Source: Octopus sinensis
Lineage: Eukaryota
Direction of reading: 5' to 3'
Assembly (NCBI RefSeq): GCF_006345805.1
Contig: NC_043016.1
Location: 14,818,001 to 14,882,000 of the forward strand
DNA length: 64,000 nt
Below, in pieces: positions 11,504-22,812 of this stretch. A program made the position numbers and the translations under genes. The number at the start of each line of letters is the position of its first letter. Within the stretch, counting starts at the first letter, position 1. The notes below the pieces were generated by a model. It saw only the letters and a list, made by a program, of their open reading frames with translations, made no database searches and was not told where the DNA came from.

Positions 11504-12174
11504 ATGAGGCACCAATCTCTTAGCCAAGGACAAAGGTAAGACCATTTAGTCTCTTTCCATCACGTTTGGATAATCCCACCAGCTCCAGGATTGGAAAGAT
11601 ATTAATCTGAGCCAGAGCTTGCTTAATGATTAAGGTTAGCTTGGTAAGACAAGTAAAACAACCAGTATTTAGGTGGAAAGACAAACCATGAAGGCCTGTG
11701 GAGTTGAGGGACCTACCAAGGCAATATCTTGGTTCCCTGCAGACATTGGCTCCCGCTCTGAATGCAATGGAGATGCGGAACTCATCCAGACCAAGTAGAC
11801 CACCAATGTTGGCAGACCCTCAATCCAGTCCCTCAAGAATTTTGCACTTGTAGAAAGTAGGTGACACCTTGAAAACTGATCAGTTGGGTGTGGGTGTAAT
11901 ATATATATATATATATATATACACAGACACACACATACAAGAAGAAAAAGAAAATGGAGATTGGGAAGTTAATTGTTTAACAGCAAATTTATCATCAACC
12001 CTTACAGCTGTTTCAGTTAGTAATCAGTAAACGTTTAACTCAATATTAAAATTATATGGCCTGAGCATAATATTTTCAGAGGAAAAAATATATCCTTTGG
12101 TGTTTTATATGTGCTTATGGATTTATTATATCAGACTGTATGTGTGTGTGTGATGATGATGATGATATATATAT

Positions 12175-12320
12175 GTATAGAAATTAAATATAAATTACAA
12201 AATGGGACAAGAACGCAAAAACACACAAAGAGACGACACAAAAAAACAGACGGGTCATTCGAAGCTTCTAATCTTCAGTCGGGAACCGGATCATCTTAGC
12301 AATTTCAGCTGATTAATATA
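12175..12320 (-). mobile_element. Short interspersed repeat, possibly pseudo-LTR-like
   Basis: CpG-retaining segment in TA-rich flanks. It has a CTGAAGA, but no complete hammerhead could be folded. Confidence 0.3.
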
Positions 12321-13019
12321 TATAGCACACACAGACACATCTAACAATTTAATGCCTAAATCTGTAAAATAATATTGAAGAATATACTCATTCCTTTTCT
12401 CTTTTCTTTTTTCTTTTCTGCTTTCTTTTTTTTTTTTTCGTTTTTGCTTATGAAAGCTGTGAAAAAAACTCGGTTTGCATAAAGCAAAAAACAAAATGAA
12501 CACAAAAATCAGTGAATTAGCAGAATTGTTAGAACATCAGACCAGATGTCTTATGGCATTTGATCATGACCCTTCATGTTCTGAGATCAAATCCAGCTGA
12601 AATTAACTTTACCCTTCATTCCTCTCAACTTGATAAATAAAACGAAGTAGCAGTCAAACTCTGAAGTCATTTCATATTCTTATTAAATATAATCAGTGTT
12701 AAATGGAATTAGAACAGAAAGTTGGTCACAGTAAAATTTCACTTGAGATTGGACACTACTATGGCAATTTTTAGATGCCAAATCCTCAGATTCCTATTTC
12801 TGTTTTAGCTGTCAGTGGAGTTTTGTTTTACAATTAGCACAGAACTTTGCATAAATGTCAGAAGAAACAAAAGTGAGCAGTGTTTGGTTTTTTAATTTTT
12901 TTTTTTTTAATTTCAAATACATTAATGTCAGAAATTAAGTTAATGTTAAAACTGAGAACAGTTTATGAATATAATGGAATCTAATTTGCTGGGATATTGA
13001 AACAAACAGCATGACAGAT

Positions 13020-13560
13020 GAGGCTGGATAAGAACTTTCTTACTTCCCAACCATATGCGGTTCCAGGTTCTGTCCCGCTGCATGGCATTTTGGGCAAGTC
13101 TGTCTTCTACTACAGCTTTGAACTGACCAAAGCCTTGTCAGTGGATTTGGTAAGGGGAAGCTGAAAGAAGAGTGTCACATGTGTGTGCGAGTGTGTGTGT
13201 GTGAGTGTACGTGTGTGAGCATGTGTGTGTATGGTGTGTGTGTTTGTGTGTAGTCTGTATATGTGTGTGTGGTGTGTATGTGTGTGTTAGTTATTCTTTT
13301 CTTTTACTTGTTTCAATCATTTGACTGTGTCCATGCCAGGGCATTACCTTGAATGGGTTTGGTTGAACAAACTGACCACAGGACTCATATTTTAAGCCTA
13401 ATACTTATTCTAACAGATTCTTTTGCCAAACTGGTAAGTTACAAGGATGTAAACACACCAACACTGATTGTCAAGTGGTGATGAGGGGAGAAACACATAC
13501 ACACAGAGAAACACATACTTCTGTGTGTGTGTGTGTGTAATATAAATTAGAGATAAAACC
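13020..13560. mobile_element. SINE family A head (+) facing a family A tail (-) across (TG)n
   Basis: Head at 13020-13170 on +. Tail at 13300-13560 is reverse-complemented (TTTTACTTGTTTCAATCATTTGACTGTG). Confidence 0.75.
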
Positions 13561-13787
13561 ACTATTATGCAATTCAAACAATGACAGACATAAACCAAAA
13601 CATAAATAACAAATAAAATATATTTTTATAAAACATATAACTAGATCTCAAAAAGTATAAAAATGAATGATCATTATATAATAAGTAAAAAAAACTACGT
13701 ACATTTCATGGCTATAATTAAATTTGAATTGCACACACATGCACACAACACACACACACATGGGTGTGTATGATTGTTTATAGAAGA

Positions 13788-14100
13788 ATATATTACTCAA
13801 AGGAAATCCAACTTTGATTTTCGCATTTTATTTACAATCTTATAATAATAATATAACATAATGAAATGATAGAATATCAAATGTCCATTCTGATTGAACT
13901 AGTACTTTCATGCATTAAACTATGCAATCTTCAGGTTCATGTAGTAGTGGTGACAGTTATGTTTTACAATTTACAACAATCAGAATGGACATTTAATATT
14001 CTGTCATTTCATTATATTATATTATCTTATATTATATTATTATAAGATTGTAAATAAAACATGAAAAATCAAAGTTGGAATTTCTTTGGGCAATATATAT
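13788..14100 (-). mobile_element. MITE-like hairpin element (~110 bp arms) with a hammerhead in the loop
   Basis: The arm 13788-13896 is inverted at 13977-14100. The flanks are TA-rich. Confidence 0.85.
13895..13939 (-). ncRNA. Minimal type-I hammerhead ribozyme motif (U10.1.U11.1 variant)
   Basis: Minus strand: UGAAC-CUGAAGA-U-UGCAU-aguuua-AUGCA-U-GAAA-GUAC-U-A-GUUCA. Perfect 5 bp stem I, 5 bp stem II, palindromic stem III AGUACU, cleavage triplet CUA. Confidence 0.8.
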
Positions 14101-14104
14101 GTAT

Positions 14105-14266
14105 GTATACGATGGGATTCTTCCAATTTCCATCTCCCATATCTACTTATAAGGCTTTTGTCTGCCCTAGGTTATAGTAGAAGACACTTGCCCTAAGTGC
14201 CATGCAGTGTGACTGAACCTGGAACCATCTGGTTAGGAAGCAAGCTTCTTAACACAAAGCCATACC

Positions 14267-14304
<38 letters not shown>

Positions 14305-14309
14305 CATAC

Positions 14310-14354
<45 letters not shown>

Positions 14355-14550
14355 TTTGTGCTTGTCCCTCCAACATCACTTGATAACAGATGCTGGTGTG
14401 TTTATGTCTCCGTAACTTAGCAGTTTGGCAAAAAAGACTGATAGAATAAGTACTAGGTTTACAAAGTATAAGTCCTGGAGTCGATTTGCTCAACTAAAAG
14501 CAGTGCTCCAGCATGGCCGCAGTCAAAATGACTGAAACAAGTAAAAGTAA
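14105..14550. mobile_element. SINE family A head (-) back-to-back with a family A tail (+) across (TA)(TG)n
   Basis: Head is reverse-complemented at 14105-14265. Tail is forward at 14345-14550. Confidence 0.75.
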
Positions 14551-14839
14551 AATGTTTGATAAAGATTTTTTAAAATGTCTGTTACCCTTGATTAGATATC
14601 AGCAATATCCATGTGTCCCTTGGTTCTTTGCTGAATATTACACAAGGTTGTTTATCAGGAATAAGAATGAAGAATGTTAGTGCCATTGGTTGAGAAATTA
14701 ATGTAATTAATTAAAAACTACTCCAGTACAATGTACATTTCCAGGAATGAGACACCTGAAGATCAAACTGATCGAAACATACTGTGGGTGTAAATATTCC
14801 TTTTTACTATAGCCAAAAGGGTTGGAATTTTATGATGAG

Positions 14840-15930
14840 TGGCTAGTTGATTACATTGACCCCATTGGGCAACTGGTATTTATTTTATCGACCCTGAAAG
14901 GATGAAAGGCAAAGGTGACTTCAGCAAATTTTGGACTCAGAACACGAAGACAGATAAAATGCTGACAAGCATCTTGCCTACTCTGCTAATGATTCTGCCA
15001 GCTCACTGCCTTTATAGGTGTAAATGTTGGTTTAAAATTTTTGCACAAGGCCAGCAATTTCGTAGGAGGGGCAAAGTTTATTAGATTGACCCCAGTACCC
15101 AACTGGTACTTATTTTATTGGCCCTAAAAGGATGAATGGCAAAGTTGACCTCAGCAAATTTTAAACTCAGAACATGAAGATGGGCAAAATGCCGCAAAAT
15201 ATTTTTGTCCAGTGTGCAAACAATTCTGCCAGCTTGCCACCTTAATATTAATAATGATGATAATGATGACGATGATGATGATAATGGTTTAAAATTTTGC
15301 CATAAGTGCAACAGTTTTGAAGGAGATGTGTTGGTTACATCAACCCAAGTCTTTGAAAGAATAAAAGGCAAAGTCAACCTTGGCGGAATTTGAACTCAAA
15401 ATGTGAAGACAGGTGAAATACTGCTAAGCATATTGTGTGGTGTGCTAACACTTCTGCCAGTTCAATGCCTTACTACAACTACTACTAATAATAATAATAA
15501 CAATGATAATACTTGCTATTGAAGGCACAAGGTTTGAAATTTGTGGGGAGGGGACTAGTAGATTACATCGACCCCAGTATTTCACTGGTACTTAATTTAT
15601 CCACCTCGAAAGAATGACAGGCAAAATCAACCTTGACAGAATTTGAACTCATAACGTAGCAATGGGCAAAATACCTCTAAGCATTTCATCTAGCATGCTA
15701 ATGATTCTGCCAGCTTGCCGGCATGATAATTGGCAGAAACGTTAGCATGCTGGACAAAATGCTTAGCAGTATTTCGTCTGTCTTTACGTTCTCAGTTCAA
15801 ATTCCACCGAGGTCAACTTTGCCTTTTATCCTTTTGGGGTCAATAAATTAAGTACCAGTTGCATACTGAGGTCGATCTAATCGACTGGCCTTCTCCCCAA
15901 AATTTCGGACCTTGTGCCTAGAGTAGAAAA
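14840..15930. mobile_element. Cluster of five SINE family B copies (four -, one +)
   Basis: Copies at ~14850-15010, 15030-15240, 15290-15470, 15520-15722 (-) and 15728-15930 (+). The last two are head-to-head. Confidence 0.85.
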
Positions 15931-16279
15931 AAAGATAGAATAAGTACTAGGCTTACAAAGAATAAGTCCAGGGGTCAATTCGTTCAACTAAAGGTGGTGC
16001 TCCAGCATGGCTGCAATGAAAAGACTGAAACAAATAAAAGAATATAAGAATAAAAGATTATAGTATTTTTGAAGGATTTGTAATCCCATGAATAATTTCT
16101 TTTCAACTGATTATTCCCTCTTCTCTTAATTACACTAATAGTTCATTGTCCAAAGGAAATATGATAAAATAAATAAATAGAATTGGAAAGTATTTTGGTA
16201 ATACAATATGGTTAGTGGTTTCTTGGCCATAGTCAGATACAGAGCAATTTGCTTTGCTTCAAAATGTCCTTTAGATCTT

Positions 16280-16615
16280 TATCATCATCGTTTAACATCT
16301 GCTTCCATGGGTTGGACGGTTTGACTGAAGTCTAGAAAGCCAGATGGCTGCACCAGGCTCCAATCTGATCTGGCAATGTTTCTGCAGCTAGATGCCCTTC
16401 CTAATGCCAACCACTCCAAGAGTGTAGTGGGTGCTTTTATGCACCACCAGCACAGGAGCCAGTCAGGCGGGCCTGGCATCGATCACGTTCAGATAGTGCT
16501 TTTTATGTGTCACTGGCACAGGGGCCAGTCAGAGAGTACCAACATTGGCCACATTGGGATGGTGCTTTTTATGTGTCACCGGCACATTGGGGAGCCAATC
16601 AGGAGGGCCTGGCAT
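16280..16615 (-). mobile_element. RTE 3'UTR with hairpin units
   Basis: CATCATCGTTTAACATCTGCTTCCATGG...GATGCCCTTCCTAATGCCAACC plus 2-3 units. Confidence 0.85.
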
Positions 16616-16987
16616 TGTTCACTCAGTCTTTGTATATCTCTTTAACATTTTTGATACCAACCTAACTGTGGCCACCCTTTCTGGTTCTAAGCTACAAGCT
16701 CATTGTTTGAAATTGATCCTAATTAAAACCTTCTTCCATCAAAATTTAATGTTAATTTGTGTTCCAATCACCAGCTTAATTGCAACAAGGTTATTTCACT
16801 AAACTGTTTGTTAATTTTAAAAATTAATTAAAACAAAGGAGGTGTATTGAGAAATATGGTAACAAAAAGGAGTTGATAAACTTTATTCTTTCTTCCTTTT
16901 CTATCTGAGCTTTGCACAGTCAGTTTTGCAGTTGCAATAATTTTGAGAAGATAAAATATACTCTAGGTATACTGATACAAACATTAA

Positions 16988-16995
16988 CTGCTGCT

Positions 16996-17026
<31 letters not shown>

Positions 17027-17174
17027 ATGATGACGACGACAATGATGGTGATGGTGATGATGATGATGATGATGATGACGACGACAACGATGGTGATGAT
17101 GATGGTGATGACGATGATGATGGTGATGATGATGGTGATGATGATGATGATGACGACGACAATGATGGTGATGG

Positions 17175-17207
<33 letters not shown>

Positions 17208-17288
17208 CGACGACAACGATGGTGATGATGATGATGACGATGATGATGGTGATGACGATGATGATGACAACGACAATGATGGTGATTG

Positions 17289-17319
<31 letters not shown>

Positions 17320-17419
17320 AACGACGACGACGATGGTGATGATGATGACGATGACGATGATGATGATGATGATGAAGAAGATGACGATGATGATGATGAT
17401 GGTGATGGTGATGATGATG

Positions 17420-17451
<32 letters not shown>

Positions 17452-17860
17452 GATGATGATGTTAATAATGGTGTTGTTGATGGTGGTGGCGGTGGTGGTG
17501 GTGGTGGTTGTGGTGATAATGCCACCACCAACACGAGTGGCACTGACAATGATGATGGTGGTCATAAAAACATCAGCAGCAATGATGTGATGAGGTAACG
17601 ATGGTGATGATGATGACGACAATGACGACAATGACGATGGCGATGGTGACGATGACGATCTCGATGGCAAGGGAGGTAACAACAGTGATGACAATGACAA
17701 ACAACAAGAATGGGGATACTGACCCCGATGATGATGACAATGATAATGATGGCAATGCTGATGGTTATGAGGATGATGAGGACAACAGTGATGATGATAA
17801 TGACTTGAGGAGGAGGAGGGGAGGGAAGAGGAGGGGGAGGAGAGGGAGGAGGGGAGGAGG
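16988..17860. repeat. Long imperfect (GAT/GAC/GGT)n trinucleotide array ending in a G/A-rich tract
   Basis: Direct inspection. It is the source of the poly-D/M/S/I ORFs. Confidence 0.97.
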
Positions 17861-18164
17861 GGGAAAGGTAAGCATAACCTCGCCCATAAATCTTAAAAGA
17901 TCCTATTGGCCCAATGTTTAATTTCTGAGGAAAAGGGATACCTTTACGTAACTTTCTCACACTGTCTGTTATCTAAATACCCCTCGATAAACTGAGGCCT
18001 GTAGAATACAGCTGTCTTGCCTTTGAGATGAAATGAAACCTTTGGCACATTGTCTAACACCTTATCCACCCTATAAATGAAGGAAAGTGCTATCCAATGA
18101 TGATGATGATGATAAGGTCAATGGAAGTGGTGATAATATGATAGCTATAGACTGGAGATGAGCA

Positions 18165-18385
18165 GTGGATATTGTTTTCAAATTTTGGCACAAGGCCAGC
18201 AAATTAGTGGGTAAATCAATTACATCGACTCCCAGTGTTTCACTGACCCTTATTTTATCAACCCTGAAAGAATGAAAAGCAAGATCAATCCTGGCAGAAT
18301 TTGAACTCAGATTGTAAAGATGGACCAAATGTTGCATAGCATTTTGACCACCATGCTAACGATTCTGCCAGCTTGCCGCCTTATG
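18165..18385 (-). mobile_element. SINE family B
   Basis: TTTTATCAACCCTGAAAGAATGAAAAGCAAG...GATTCTGCCAGCTTGCCGCCTTA. Confidence 0.8.
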
Positions 18386-19289
18386 AGCAGAGGATATTGG
18401 CAAAATAATCAACAGTTCAACTGAATGCTAAATACACACACACATATAAAAATATATATTGTCTGAGTTCAAATCCTGCTACGTGTTAACCTTGCATTTC
18501 ATACTCATGGGGTTGATAACATGAGCACCAGTAATATACATTGATTGATTTTGTCAGTTATGCCACAGCTTAATTCAAATTATTTGGTCTTGTGCCAACA
18601 CAAAAGAAATCAATAACGGAGAGTAAAGATAAAAGTCGGGGGTGGGGGAAGGAAACACCCTGGCAAACATACAAGATTAAGGGAATTCTAACACTTGTTG
18701 AAAATATTTTCATCAATAACAACGTTGTCGATGTACCATCACCGCCACCACCACCACTGCCACCATCATCGTCATCATTATTGTCGCCATCATCATTATT
18801 ATTGTTGTCGTCGTCATCGTCAATATCATCATCATCATCATCATCATCATCATTTTAACATCTGTTCTTTAATGTTTTCACCACAATAAACAGGTTGGCA
18901 TTTGGCCCCATGCCATATACGTGAGTTATAGGTGATGAGAAGTTCCACAGCAACAACAGGTAGGTACCATTTTATGGTAATCAGAGCATTTGTAATCATA
19001 TTAATTGGATACAGTCTCTGATAATGACCTAATTCAATATAGTTCTTACATATCAATAAACATCAGATATTAACTAATACACCTTATTTCTTTGTTATTT
19101 TGTCTTTCGGTTCATTTATTGGAATTTTGTACTTTAAGCCAGAAGAATATGAAACAAGGAAATCGAGAGGAATTTTTCAGAGATTACTTTTGTGAAAATA
19201 CTCATTAATAAAAATCGTTTGTGTTTTTCCTTTGACCAAACGCATACGTACACAAACACACACACATACATGTGTGTGTGTGGATCAGT

Positions 19290-19660
19290 TTACATTACAC
19301 ATACCCATACATAGGTGTGAATGTATGTGCAAGTGTGTGTGAGTGCATGTATGTGCATGTGTGTGTGTATATATATGTATGTGCATACGTACGTGTGTAT
19401 GTATGTATGTGTGTATGTATGTATGTATGCATGTATGTATGTATGTATGTATGTATGTATGTATGTGTGTATGTATGTATGTGTGTATGTATGTATGTAT
19501 GTATGTATGTATGTATGTATGTATGTATGTGTGCAAGTGTGTGTGAGTGCATGTATGTGTGTATGTATATGTGTGTGTGTGTGTGTAAGTGTTTGTGAGT
19601 GTATGTATGTGTGTGTGTGCATATATATGTATGGTTGTGCAAGTGTGTGCATGTGTCTGT
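19290..19660. repeat. (TATG/TG)n compound microsatellite
   Basis: Direct inspection. Confidence 0.97.
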
Positions 19661-19969
19661 GAGTTTGTGAGGGTAGGTAAGAGAGACCAGATCTGGCTGC
19701 TTTGAACATAAAACAAAGAATATTTTTGGCTGGATCTGGCTTCTAAAGGGTTAACCTGAAAAATCACAAACTTAATTTTGTCTGTAAACCTTCTCTAAGA
19801 TTCATTTGCTGCTTGAAGTTTGATATTTTTTAGGATTAGAAAAACAGTAATTCTGAATATCATTGTTGCCAAACTCATAAACAAAATTTCCTGCTGCTTC
19901 ATTTCTGAGGTAACTGATTGGTTTCTAAGTCTAAAAAGGTGCATGTTAACTCTTCACTATTAGGCATAA

Positions 19970-20350
19970 GCATGACAGTATGGCAAGAAACTTGCTTCCC
20001 AACCACATGGTTTTAGTTTCAGTTCCACTGTGTGTCACCTTGGCTAGGAGTCCTCTACTATAGCCCCATGCCAACCAAAGCCTTGTGAGTTGATTTAGTT
20101 GAAAGAAACTGTGTGAATACTAGTAGCATATATCTATTTGTCTGTGTTTGTGTTTGTTCCTTACCTCTGCATGACAACAGATCCTGGTTTGTTTGTATCC
20201 CCATAATTTAGCAGTTTGGCAAGAAAAATAAAACAAAAAAAAACTCCAGCAGAATAAGTACTGGGCTAAAAAAAAGGGATTAAAACCCTTCAAGACAGTG
20301 CTCCAGCATGGCCATAGTCCAATGACCAAAACAAATAAAGACAAAAGATA
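19970..20350 (+). mobile_element. SINE family A
   Basis: Head, CORE-like segment and tail are all recognisable but diverged. Confidence 0.8.
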
Positions 20351-20359
20351 AAGCTAGTT

Positions 20360-20940
20360 ACTATTCTTCCACTTCCCCAGTTCATCCGAATGAAGCACTT
20401 TTTTGTCACTATAAAGAATACTAACCTATCTCAACAAGACGTAGATATTTTATTAGCAACTAGAATAACTGTTATCAAATTTGATAAGATTTGGACCCAT
20501 AAGGACAGGGAAAATAATTTCGATATAACCATGGGGTCATGTGACTCTGAATCTTATGGGTATATACATATCACATCACATTAAAGAAGAATTTCAGAAC
20601 ATGGTAGGCAGTCTGTGTTGGTGAGATGCATTATTCACTGTAAGGTAATGGAGTAAAGTTAGCTATGGGAGGAATAAAAAAAAGATTTATAAGATTTTTT
20701 CAAAAAAATAGATTTGTCTTCTACTTTTGATAATAATTGCAAGTTATCTCATTGATATTACTCTAGAACTTTATACCAGTCTCTTTAGATTATATCATAA
20801 TCCTTAAAATATGTGAATCACCTTTCTAATCACCTCAGAGCTGTTGTGATGTATATAATTAATGAGATCTTTTCCTGTATCTCTATGCTTTCAGCTAATG
20901 AAGTTATTTTCAAACAAAACTGACTATCCTTATAATTTTG
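20360..20940 (+). mobile_element. Degenerate Penelope-like element reverse transcriptase fragment
   Basis: KDRENNFDITMGSCDSE (cf. NFDVTMGSYDGAE of Penelope-clade RT) and LKYVNHLSNHL...ISMLSANEVIF (cf. YxNxxSNHP...ISxLSSNEEIF). Stops and frameshifts are present. Confidence 0.7.
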
Positions 20941-21149
20941 AGGTTTGTTATTATTCTTTCAAATTTTGGGCTTTTTTTTTTTGTTGATTTTCTTAGGAGT
21001 GTACTTAATTGTTATTAACTCTTTAGAGGAGAGATGTTTTGAAGCTTGTTACAGACACACTGAACTTGTTCTTCATGTATCAGGAAGTCTCTTTTACTGT
21101 CAGCAACTTAGGGCCCAAAGTATGTGAAGTTACTGATCTGTTTTGAGAT

Positions 21150-21860
21150 GTGGATTATTGTTTCAAAAAATTGGTATGTGACTTTCAGCCTGATTAATGG
21201 TCACATTCTTAGTCAATTTTCTTTGCTTTGAGGAACTGACTTTGGCTACAGTACTCCCTAAGGATGTTAGTAAGTCTTCCATATCCCACAGCTGATGATA
21301 TGTATGGATAAGATCATTGCTAAAGTTAAGGTTAGGTATAGTTTCTACTAACTTCTTGATCACTTCTACTTGATTGTAAAATGTCATGGATGATTTCAAA
21401 ACTTTGCTTAAGAATGTAGTCCATTGTAATAGCAAGATAAAAGACTTTGGGTATGTACCTGAATGATTCTTGCTCTTACTAGAAACTATTTTGTTGGGCT
21501 GTTTATGTTTTGCACAAAGTTTGATGCTTTTGGGGATTTTTTTTTTTTTTTGCATATGATGGTGATAGCTTTGACAATTTCATCTGGCCTACCATAGTGC
21601 AACAATATATGTAACATGGTATTTTCTATTGACACTATGCCTTGGAGAAATTCACAGATACAATTGATGCTTTTCACTTGAAGATTCTGAGGTCTTCTAT
21701 GATTCTTCTAAGAACAAGGATTTATAGAAGTGTTGATCTACCTTTGTGGAAGCCAGTTTGGTTCCATCATATGATGCAACCAATATGACAGTAAATTCTA
21801 TAAAGGAGCATAGAATTGTAGATTTTTGAGGCAAGAGATGAGGGTGTTATTCCCCAGTAA
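21150..21860 (-). mobile_element. Degenerate RTE-group RT fragment
   Basis: SIENTMLHILLHYGRPDEIVKAITI (cf. SIHRxKMxxILxAYGIPxxIV), SGTYPKSFILLLQW (GDTLAPYLF region) and NLNFSNDL (DFADD region). Confidence 0.7.
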
Positions 21861-21974
21861 TTCTGAAATAAATGTGTGTGTGTGTACGTGTGTTCAATTA
21901 TAATTTTCAAACTGTTAACTTCATCTTCAGAAATTAATTTTTTATTTTCTGTATTTTAATATTTACATCTGCCC

Positions 21975-22185
21975 TAAAGTGGTGAGCTGGCAGATTTGTT
22001 AGCACACTCAACAAAATGCTTAGTGGCATTTCGTCTGTCTCTATGTCCTGAGTTCAAATGCCTTCAGGGTTGACTTTGCCTCTCATCTTTTCAGGATCAA
22101 TGAAATAAGTCCCAGACGACCAATATAATCAACTTACCTGCCTCACCTGAAACTGCTGGCTTTGTGCCAAAATTTGAAACTAACA
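21975..22185 (+). mobile_element. SINE family B
   Basis: GGTGAGCTGGCAG...TTAGCAC...CTGAGTTCAAATG...GTTGACTTTGCCTCTCATC. Confidence 0.75.
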
Positions 22186-22812
22186 TTTACATCTAACCTA
22201 TGTTTTTTACATCAATCCTTATTAGTTGTCTTATGCAGAGAGACAGACAGACAGACAGAATTCAAATAAGGAAGCTATATTTCTAAACCAATGATCAAAA
22301 AAAATAATGTTTATCCACCATGCTGACCCATAGCAAATGAGTTCTTTTTATAGTTTGGAGCAAGAAGCATTCTCACTCACACATTTCCGTGGCACAAAAA
22401 TTCTCCTTGATAACAAATATATTGCCATCCACAACCTTCCTAATCCAGCACGTAACCTTATTGAAAACAGTGACCTTGTGCACATGATGGTCTGTGGATT
22501 GCCCCATGTAGTGTCTTTTGAAAGACTGATAACTTTTAGAAGATTTTGGGCTGATACATGGATAATAATCAATGACATTTAATTGTTTGAATCTGCTGCT
22601 GTTTTTCCTTTTGGCATTGTTAAATATCAATAAGTGTTGCGGCGTTATTTCGAGACCTCATTGGATTTAAATTATTATTTAACATCAATTTAGTCTCACT
22701 GGTGATGAATACTGCTGAGTGTAAAAGTCAGTTACATGAAATAATCATGTTTTGCTACATACATTTTTTAACAGTCTCTACACTTTTCTAACATAGAATT
22801 CCAAATTGCTAA

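Noticed and set aside
12255-12290. CTGAAGA on the minus strand as a hammerhead
   Set aside because: It is followed by GAAT rather than GAAA, and no stem I partner was found.
12809-12872. Plus-strand first coding exon candidate (MSEETK|GTGAGC)
   Set aside because: No consistent downstream exon chain was found. Such short candidates are common by chance.
14750-14790. GACAC-CTGAAGA-TCAAACTGATC-GAAAC as a hammerhead
   Set aside because: Core words are present, but stems II and III do not pair. At best a heavily decayed copy, so it is not counted.
16912-17700. 193-238 aa poly-Asp/Met/Ser/Ile ORFs
   Set aside because: Open in several frames on both strands simply because (GAT)n lacks stops in those frames. 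No splice or domain context.
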